Positions 25,952-32,000 of a stretch of 32,000 bases of DNA are shown here, piece by piece. The notes beneath the pieces were generated by a model, which was given only the letters and a program-made list of their open reading frames with translations, did no database searches and had not been told where the DNA came from. Source of the stretch: an uncultured Granulicella sp. GTDB taxonomy: Bacteria; Acidobacteriota; Terriglobia; Terriglobales; Acidobacteriaceae. The stretch spans positions 50,743 to 82,742 of the forward strand of contig OZ240672.1 of the NCBI GenBank assembly GCA_965198735.1, read 5' to 3'. Both the position numbers and the translations under genes were made by a program. Position 1 is the first letter of the stretch. Every line of letters starts with the position of its first letter.

Positions 25952-27352
25952 ATGCCCCCGCTCACCTCCGCCGAAGTCGTCGACATCACCCGCCGCACCA
26001 ACTACGGCACCTGGCGCTTCCAGAAGTCGTGGAACCCCATCCACATCGTCGACGCCAAGGACTGCACCATCACCGACGGCAACGGTAAAGAGTACCTCGA
26101 CTTCAGCTCGCAGCTGATGTGCTCGAACCTCGGCCACAAGAATGCCGCCGTCATCGCGTCCATCGCCGCGCAGGCCGAGCAGCTCGCGTACGCCATGCCC
26201 GGCTACGCCACCAACGCCCGCGCCGAGCTCTCGCAGCTCCTGCTCGAAGTCCTCCCCGCCGGCCTGAGCCACTTCTTTTTCACCACCAGCGGCACCGACG
26301 CCAACGAGGCTGCCTTCAAGATCGCCCGCATGTACACCGGCAAATCGAAGATCCTCTCGCGCTACAAGAGCTATCACGGGTCGACCTCCGGCTCCATCGC
26401 CGCCACCGGCGACCCGCGCCGCTGGGCCATGGAGCCGGTTGGCGGTAAGCAGCAGGGAACGATCTTCGGGCCTGAGGTGAACTGCTACCGCTGCCCCATC
26501 CGCCATACCTACCCTGGCTGCAACATCGCCTGCGCCGACTACCTTGAGCACATGATCCGCAACGAATCGGACGTTGCCGCCATCATCGTCGAGCCGATCG
26601 TCGGCACCAACGGCGTGATCGTGCCGCCGGACGAGTACATGCCGAAGCTGCGCCGGATCTGCGACGAAACCGGCGTCCTCCTGATTGCCGACGAGGTCAT
26701 GTCCGGCTGGGGCCGCTCCGGCAAGTGGTTCGCCATGGAGCACTGGGGCGTCACACCCGACATCCTGACCACCGCCAAGGGCATCACCGGAGCCTATGTC
26801 CCGTTGGGCCTCTGCGCGACCAGTGAAAAGATTGCGGCCTATTTTCAGGACCACTACTTCTCGCATGGGCACACCTACGAGGCGCACCCGATGACGCTTG
26901 CCCCCGCCGTCGCCGCCATCCACGAGATGCAGCGGCTCGGCCTGGTCGAACGCGCCGCCGAGCTGGCCGCTTATGTTCAGGCAAAGCTCGAAGCCCTCAA
27001 GGCCAACCACCCAAGCGTTGGCGATGTGCGCGGCAAAGGACTCTTCTGGGCCGTCGAGCTGGTCAAAGATCGTCTCAACAAGCAGCCTTTCAACACCTAC
27101 ACCGACAAGGTCTCCGGCACGCCTCTCATGGTCGATCAGATCGCCGCCAAATGCATGGCCGACGGCGTCATTCTGCAGGCCTGGGTCTCACACTTCGTCA
27201 TTGCCCCTCCGCTCATCGTCACCCTCGCGGAGATCGATCGCGGCATCGACACCCTCGACCGCCATCTCGGCCTCGCCGACGCACTCCTCGAAACCCACTC
27301 CGAGCCCGCGCCGGAGCTTGCCACTGCCTCCAGCATCACGTCCGACAGCTAG
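25952..27352 (+). CDS. Class-III (omega) aminotransferase: candidate beta-alanine:pyruvate transaminase
   Basis: ATG at 25952 with GAAAGG 7 nt upstream; the track TTG is at 25937. SGTDANEAAFKIAR, ADEVMSGWGRSGKWFA, and the PLP lysine context DILTTAKGITG. The substrate is inferred only from the nearby pyrimidine-catabolism genes. Confidence 0.85.
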   Translation: MPPLTSAEVVDITRRTNYGTWRFQKSWNPIHIVDAKDCTITDGNGKEYLDFSSQLMCSNLGHKNAAVIASIAAQAEQLAYAMPGYATNARAELSQLLLEVLPAGLSHFFFTTSGTDANEAAFKIARMYTGKSKILSRYKSYHGSTSGSIAATGDPRRWAMEPVGGKQQGTIFGPEVNCYRCPIRHTYPGCNIACADYLEHMIRNESDVAAIIVEPIVGTNGVIVPPDEYMPKLRRICDETGVLLIADEVMSGWGRSGKWFAMEHWGVTPDILTTAKGITGAYVPLGLCATSEKIAAYFQDHYFSHGHTYEAHPMTLAPAVAAIHEMQRLGLVERAAELAAYVQAKLEALKANHPSVGDVRGKGLFWAVELVKDRLNKQPFNTYTDKVSGTPLMVDQIAAKCMADGVILQAWVSHFVIAPPLIVTLAEIDRGIDTLDRHLGLADALLETHSEPAPELATASSITSDS

Positions 27353-27418
27353 AGCCAGTGGCCTCTTCTGGTTGTCCTTCCGGAAGGGAACCTGCGCCTG
27401 CCACTCTCCGCCAACCGT

Positions 27419-27985
27419 TCACAGCGCCGCCAGAATCTGCTCCACTGTTCCCACCTTGCCCATCATCGGGAACAGGTTCTTCGTCGAAAATGCATGCCAC
27501 TCCGCGCCCATGGTCGTCATCGCGTCTTCCGCGAAGACCAACGCATAGCCCGCGTCGTACGCCGCCCGCGCCGTCGATTCGACCCCGATGTTGGTCGCAA
27601 TGCCAGCCATGACGATCGTCTCGATCCCGCGCCGATCGAGCGCCTGCTCCAGGTTCGTTCCGTAAAAGGCACCCCACTGCCGCTTGGCAATCACTACATC
27701 GCCCGCCTGCACGCCCGTCTCCGGCACAAGCTCCGAAGCGCTCGCCGGCGGCGGCGCCGAGCCTCCCTGCATCGGGCGGTCCACGGGAAGATGCAGTATC
27801 TCATGCAGCAGCACATGCACCCACACCACCATGCCTCCGTTGGCGCGTAGCTGATCGGCCAGCTTGCGCGTACGCGCTACCACCTCCGGGCCGCTGTATG
27901 GGGCAAGCCCCTGCCTTTCCACAATCCCGTGCTCCAGGTCGATGACGACCAATGCCGTCTTCTTCGCGTCCAGCGTCATATCCAT
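27419..27985 (-). CDS. Isochorismatase-like hydrolase lacking the usual Cys nucleophile
   Basis: The real start is ATG at 27985 (MDMTLDAKK) with SD AAGGAGAG; the track ORF extends to 28531. Fold motifs ALVVIDLEHG (Asp) and VIAKRQWGAF (Lys). The third motif reads GIATNIGVEST, with Gly134 (nt 27584-27586) where cysteine hydrolases have Cys. Confidence 0.8.
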   Translation of the reverse strand: MDMTLDAKKTALVVIDLEHGIVERQGLAPYSGPEVVARTRKLADQLRANGGMVVWVHVLLHEILHLPVDRPMQGGSAPPPASASELVPETGVQAGDVVIAKRQWGAFYGTNLEQALDRRGIETIVMAGIATNIGVESTARAAYDAGYALVFAEDAMTTMGAEWHAFSTKNLFPMMGKVGTVEQILAAL

Positions 27986-28084
27986 CTTTCTCTCCTTGAG
28001 TTCTGCCTGTACATTGGATGCGTACCCTCTACACGTCTCGCGCACCGCGCGCATCTCGATCGGTCGCACCCGAAAGGCAACCCA

Positions 28085-28606
28085 ATGACCCGTACCTCCG
28101 TTCTTCTCGCCTGCGCCATGCTGGCACTCCCACTCACGCTCTCCGCCCAGGCGCCTTCCGGCCCCGCGGCCGAAGTCCAGTCCTCCTACAACCGGATCAA
28201 GCCCAACATCCTGAAGGCGGCCGAGAAAATGCCCGAAGCCGACTTCCAGTACAAGCCCACCCCCGAGATCCGCACCTACGCCCGCATCGTCAACCACATC
28301 ACCGAGGCACAGTTCCACACCTGCACTACACTCAACGGCGGCAAGTTCGACCCCAAGTCCGTACCGTCCGATACCGCCGACAAGGCCACCGTCATCGCCG
28401 GCCTGAAGGCCTCCTTCGATGAGTGCGACAAGGCTTACGGCGCGCTCACCGACGGCTCCGTCATGGAGGTCCTCGCCATGGGACAGAACAAGCGTTCGCG
28501 TATCGGCCTTGCCTGGGGCAACATCTCGCACGACAACGAGCAGTACGCCGAGCTCTCCACGTATCTGCGCCTCAAAAACCTGGTTCCGCCCACGGCTGAG
28601 AAATAG
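28085..28606 (+). CDS. Secreted DinB-like (four-helix bundle) protein
   Basis: ATG at 28085 (MTRTSVLLACAMLALPLTLSAQA signal peptide). The DinB-type His context ARIVNHITEAQFH and the C-terminal SHDNEQYAELSTYLR. The track ORF start at 27929 lies in the divergent promoter region. Confidence 0.65.
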   Translation: MTRTSVLLACAMLALPLTLSAQAPSGPAAEVQSSYNRIKPNILKAAEKMPEADFQYKPTPEIRTYARIVNHITEAQFHTCTTLNGGKFDPKSVPSDTADKATVIAGLKASFDECDKAYGALTDGSVMEVLAMGQNKRSRIGLAWGNISHDNEQYAELSTYLRLKNLVPPTAEK

Positions 28607-28732
28607 CCCAAGCCTTCATCTGGCGGGTCTCGCATGGCACTTGCAGACGATTCTGAGCTGGCTGGATAAGTGACAGCCCAAGTCTGCTGAACAATGCCGT
28701 CATCGCGAGCGAGCTCCCTGGGAAAGGAAGGA

Positions 28733-28765
28733 CTGTAGCACAGCTTGTCGATCCATGTGCTACAG
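28733..28765. promoter_or_regulatory. Perfect 10-bp inverted repeat (candidate operator) 20 nt upstream of the antitoxin-like gene
   Basis: CTGTAGCACA (28733-28742), 13-nt spacer, TGTGCTACAG (28756-28765), read directly. It is followed by GGGTGAGG (SD-like) and the ATG at 28785. Confidence 0.45.
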
Positions 28766-28784
28766 TCAAGGGTGAGGTTTCGCC

Positions 28785-29129
28785 ATGGCTATCCTCTCTG
28801 CAACGCCAGCTGGAACCGCGTACTCGACCTCCCGTAGGTCGAACCGCAAGATGACGTCACCTTCCGTCGGTAATGCTCGACAAGACACTTTGCAGGGCAC
28901 GCTCGCCCTCGCCGAGGAAAAGGGACTTCTGAAGGGGCCGCGCACATTTGTTTTGCGTGGCCGGATGCCAGAGGAACTGGTTGCGGCAGCCAAACAGAGG
29001 ACGGGCATCGTGTCTGATTCGAAGCTCCTCGAAGCCGCCCTCGCTCATCTTGCCGTCGCGGACGACTACGCGGATTGGCTCTATGCGCAACGCGGTACGG
29101 TCGACCCGGACCTGGATCTTGAGTTCTGA
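28785..29129 (+). CDS. Putative antitoxin of the downstream PIN toxin (no recognised DNA-binding family)
   Basis: 114 aa; an alternative Met lies at 28851. Sits directly upstream of, and overlaps, the PIN gene. The segment RMPEELVAAAKQRTGIVSDSKLLEAALAHLAV looks like a short helical antitoxin core. Lower GC than the flanks. Confidence 0.5.
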   Translation: MAILSATPAGTAYSTSRRSNRKMTSPSVGNARQDTLQGTLALAEEKGLLKGPRTFVLRGRMPEELVAAAKQRTGIVSDSKLLEAALAHLAVADDYADWLYAQRGTVDPDLDLEF

Positions 29130-29682
29130 AGCTTCCATCCAGAGATCGCTGCGGCGTCTCAAGCCGGAAAAGCGCGTCGAGACGCTTGTCAGACGGGATC
29201 GGTCGAGCCTTCCTTTTCTGAGCGAGTTGCGTCGTCCTCTGCCCAAGCTTCTGCTCGACACTACCGTGTATATCGACGAACTTCAGGCAAGGCTGCCGCA
29301 GAAGATAGAAGTCTTCTTGCGGCTCACGGAAATTTGGCACTCTACTGTTACGGAAGCCGAGTTGATGGCTCTCCCCGGCCTGCTTGACCCCTCTCATCTC
29401 GGCACGAGCAAAGCGATTCAACAAGTGGTGGCTTCGGTAGAGCGCAGGCCGCGCCATCGCATCCTGAATCCGGATCGCGAGGTATGGCGAGAGGCCGGCA
29501 TAATTGCGGGAACCTTGGCGCGACTTCAGCACTACGGAAAGACAGAACAACGGCGCGTGCTGAACGATGCGCTGATTTTTCTCTCAGCAGAAAAGCAAGG
29601 GTGCAGCGTACTTACCCGCAACCTCTCGGATTTCGATTTACTCATGCAACTCGCACCTTCAGGCAAAGCTGTTTTCTACTGA
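29119..29682 (+). CDS. PIN-domain (VapC-like) ribonuclease toxin
   Basis: All four PIN acidic positions are visible: LLLDTTVY (D), TVTEAEL (E), LNDALIFLSAEKQG (D) and TRNLSDFDLL (D). The start is ambiguous: TTG at 29119 overlaps the antitoxin stop, while TTG at 29227 gives a canonical short N-terminus (M)RRPLPKLLLDT. Confidence 0.7.
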   Translation: MSSEASIQRSLRRLKPEKRVETLVRRDRSSLPFLSELRRPLPKLLLDTTVYIDELQARLPQKIEVFLRLTEIWHSTVTEAELMALPGLLDPSHLGTSKAIQQVVASVERRPRHRILNPDREVWREAGIIAGTLARLQHYGKTEQRRVLNDALIFLSAEKQGCSVLTRNLSDFDLLMQLAPSGKAVFY

Positions 29683-29752
29683 CCCAGTTGAGATGGAGTA
29701 TCGGTCAACCGCAAATACCTCTCCTGAGCAAACGTCTGACGGAACGACCTAG

Positions 29753-30418
29753 TTAGGCCGCCTCCCCCGACTCAAAGTACAAATACCGCCGCCAGCTAGG
29801 ATCAGCCGACCCGATCATCCGCATGATATGCCGGCTGGTGTGCAGCGAGAACGGCCGCGGCTCGCGCAGCAGCTTCATCTCCGTCAACTCATGCAGCAGC
29901 TGGTTGCCCTTGCGGCGATTGCAGTCGTGGCAGCACGCCACCAGGTTCTCCCACGTCGAAAGCCCGCCGCGGCTGCGCGGAATCACATGGTCGAGCGTCA
30001 ACTCACCCGCCGTCAGCACCACCTGGCAGTACTGGCACATGTTGCGGTCGCGCAGCAGGATGTTCTTGCGTGACAGCGCCCGCGTCTGGTGCGGAATGCG
30101 CCGGTACTCGAGCAGCCGGATCACCGACGGCATCGCTACCTGCATCCGCGCCGCGTGCAGCACCGCGCCCTGCTCCTCTTCGGTCCGCGCCACGCCCTTC
30201 AGCACAAGCACCAGCGCCCGCCGCGCCCCGCAGATATTGATCGGCTCATAGCTCGCGTTCAACACCAGGACCGGCGTCTGCATTGCCGGCTGCCGGAAGA
30301 CGCCCGTGCGCACGTCCAGCTCGGTCGTCGGTCTGCGCGCGCCTGCCGCTCCGGAGCCTTTGTACCCCGCATGCCGTCCATTGCCCGCTCTTACCTTGCG
30401 CATCTTTCCGGTTTGCAT
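29753..30418 (-). CDS. HNH endonuclease (COG1403-like) with a basic N-terminal extension
   Basis: Core [20 protein letters not shown]....CQYCQ....[33 protein letters not shown] (HNH plus a CxxC...CxxC zinc site). The ATG at 30418 has a strong SD (AGGAGA, 9-nt spacing) 17 nt after the comF stop. An alternative ATG at 30283 has no SD. Confidence 0.8.
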   Translation of the reverse strand: MQTGKMRKVRAGNGRHAGYKGSGAAGARRPTTELDVRTGVFRQPAMQTPVLVLNASYEPINICGARRALVLVLKGVARTEEEQGAVLHAARMQVAMPSVIRLLEYRRIPHQTRALSRKNILLRDRNMCQYCQVVLTAGELTLDHVIPRSRGGLSTWENLVACCHDCNRRKGNQLLHELTEMKLLREPRPFSLHTSRHIMRMIGSADPSWRRYLYFESGEAA

Positions 30419-30434
30419 CTGCACGTGTCTCCTG

Positions 30435-31469
30435 TCATTGGCCGATCGTGATCGCTGGCTGGCTCTTGACCGCGTTGGCGGTTGCGGGAAAATCCCAAAA
30501 CGCAACTGAATCTTCCACATCGTCCTGCGCGGAGAGGGCACTGCTCTTCCGCGCCCGGGCCACGGTCGCCACCCACACCTTGCTCGCGCCAGCCCGCACC
30601 AGCACCCGGGCGCACTCGCGCGCCGTCGCCCCGCTGGTGAAGATATCGTCGATCAGCAGGATCTCGCGCCCGGTCAATTTTCCCGTAACCTGAAACGCTC
30701 CAGCCAGATTGCGTCGTCTCCCGCGCCGCGACAGCGTAAACGAGCTCTCCGTGCTGCGCCGGCGCTTCAGCAGCCCGTATGCCGGCTCCAGCCGCCACGC
30801 CGGCCGAACCTGCCGGACCTCCCGCAGCGCCGCGTTCGCCAGCAGCACCGCCTGGTTGAAGCCCCGCTCCCGCTCGCGCAGGCGGAACAGCGGAACCGGC
30901 ACAACCAGCAAGTCGGTGGCCGCCTCGCCTTCGAGCGAAACAATCGCCTCCGCCAGCCGGTTACCCAGCAGCGGAGCCACCGCCCGGATTCCGTTGAACT
31001 TGAACAGATGCAGTAAGTCCCGCAGCTCGCCGTCGTACCGCCCAAAGCTCACCGCGCGCGCAAAATCGGGAGGAACCATCCGGCAAGGCCGGCACAGCAG
31101 CGCAGCGCCCAGGTTCCGCGCAAACCGCTCATCCTCAAAGTCCAGCTCCAGGTCTACCGCATCCCCGCATTGACGGCACATCACCGGTTCATCCCGCACC
31201 ACTCGCGCCACGCAGCGATCGCACACCGGAACCGTACCCGCCCGCTCGAGTGGGCCTCCACAGCACGCACAATCCGCCGGAAAGCACGTCGTTATACCGT
31301 CATTGAAAAGGATCCGGGCAGCCTTGCCCGGACTTCGAAGAACCTTGACCAGCGCGCGCCAGCCATCGACATCCCGGCGCGTGACTCCACCGGGGGGACC
31401 TGCTGGATCAGGTGCGAGCGTCTGCGGGGCCGTAAGCCGATGCAGGGGTTCGCTGAAAACACACCTCAC
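30435..31469 (-). CDS. comF: ComF-family protein (ComFC-like phosphoribosyltransferase fold with N-terminal zinc fingers)
   Basis: CxxC pairs CACCGG...CDRC and CRQCG...CRPC, then ERGFNQA, and the PRT motif [18 protein letters not shown]. The 5' part of the track ORF (to 31727) collides with the divergent OPT gene. In-frame canonical starts are GTG 31469 (GGAG 9 nt upstream) or GTG 31544, and none lies closer to the zinc finger. Confidence 0.75.
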   Translation of the reverse strand: MRCVFSEPLHRLTAPQTLAPDPAGPPGGVTRRDVDGWRALVKVLRSPGKAARILFNDGITTCFPADCACCGGPLERAGTVPVCDRCVARVVRDEPVMCRQCGDAVDLELDFEDERFARNLGAALLCRPCRMVPPDFARAVSFGRYDGELRDLLHLFKFNGIRAVAPLLGNRLAEAIVSLEGEAATDLLVVPVPLFRLRERERGFNQAVLLANAALREVRQVRPAWRLEPAYGLLKRRRSTESSFTLSRRGRRRNLAGAFQVTGKLTGREILLIDDIFTSGATARECARVLVRAGASKVWVATVARARKSSALSAQDDVEDSVAFWDFPATANAVKSQPAITIGQ

Positions 31470-31614
31470 TCGATGGCGCTCCAGGTCGGTCCGACCGCGC
31501 CATGGCTGCAGTATAAGCCCGCCGCGTCCTCCCGCGTCAACCACCCGCTCCGTATACGTCCGGCCCGCTGGTACACTCCCATCCAAGCCCGCGCCGGAGA
31601 ACCCCCAATCCCTC

Positions 31615-32000
31615 ATGCCTAACGCTCCCTTCCAACCCTTCGTTCCGCCCCGCGACGCCCGCCCCGAGTTCACCCTCCGCGCCCTGCTCCTCGGCGCCAT
31701 CTTCTCCGTCCTCTTTGGCGCCGTCACCGTCTACGTCGGCCTGCGCGCCGGGCTCACGGTCGCCGCGTCCATTCCCATCTCCGTCCTCTCCATCTCCATC
31801 CTCCGCGCCTTTGCCCGTCTCTTTCGACTTCCGGCCGCCTCCATCCTTGAAAACAACATCGTCCAAACCATCGGCAATGCCGGCCAGTCCATCGCCTCCG
31901 GCGTCATCTTCACCCTGCCCGCGCTCATCTTTTTAGGCTTTGACCTGGAGTCAACGAGAATCTTCGCCCTCGCCCTCTTCGGCGGCTGGCTCGGCGTCCT
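31615..32000 (+). CDS. OPT-superfamily oligopeptide transporter, 3' end beyond window
   Basis: Not in the ORF track because there is no stop in the window. My translation from ATG 31615: MPNAPFQPFVPPRDARPEFTLRALLLGAIFSVLFGAVTVYVGLRAGLTVAASIPISVLSISILRAF...IVQTIGNAGQSIASGVIFTLPAL, which matches the conserved OPT N-terminal pattern. Confidence 0.85.
   Translation, partial: MPNAPFQPFVPPRDARPEFTLRALLLGAIFSVLFGAVTVYVGLRAGLTVAASIPISVLSISILRAFARLFRLPAASILENNIVQTIGNAGQSIASGVIFTLPALIFLGFDLESTRIFALALFGGWLGV

Noticed and set aside
27376-27387. Palindrome CCTTCCGGAAGG between the convergent aminotransferase and isochorismatase-like genes, as a terminator
   Set aside because: It gives only a 4-6 bp stem once a loop is allowed, and has no U-tract. 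It is indistinguishable from chance in GC-rich DNA.

Overview
High-GC (about 65-68%) bacterial chromosomal segment with three lower-GC patches (about 47-55% in hand-counted 60-nt lines): about 8.6-11.5 kb, 23.0-24.1 kb and 28.6-29.75 kb. The protein content looks like an Acidobacteriota-type genome, but that is inference only. Layout: (1) nt 1-4955, plus-strand coupled operon of GT4 glycosyltransferase (5' partial), DUF721/DciA-like, gatC, gatA and a TPR protein. (2) nt 4946-14076, minus-strand envelope-polysaccharide locus: multi-SLBB Wza-like exporter, Wzz-like, low-GC Wzy-like polymerase, a decayed rfbB remnant, rfbD, GT2, GT9 heptosyltransferase and gmhB. (3) A small acidic ORF and a tRNA with a CAU anticodon. 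(4) nt 14535-22977, a reductive pyrimidine-catabolism cluster: M20-type carbamoyl-amino-acid amidohydrolase, preT, preA, an oppositely oriented MFS transporter, dihydropyrimidinase and an NCS1 permease. (5) nt 22978-24815, a lower-GC two-gene islet: an orphan protein with an HEPN-like Rx4H motif and a membrane protein with a PH-like domain. (6) OsmC-like protein, an overlapping small-ORF/minimal-nucleotidyltransferase pair, a class-III aminotransferase, an isochorismatase-like protein lacking the Cys nucleophile, and a secreted DinB-like protein. (7) A lower-GC VapBC-like (PIN) module with a perfect inverted repeat upstream. (8) A comF-HNH operon and the start of an OPT transporter. I saw no rRNA, CRISPR array, transposase or integrase. 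The most system-like candidates are the HEPN-like islet and the small-ORF/NTase pair; both calls are hypotheses from reading the sequence, not database hits. Many long ORFs in the supplied track are antisense or alternate-frame shadows typical of high-GC DNA and were rejected.
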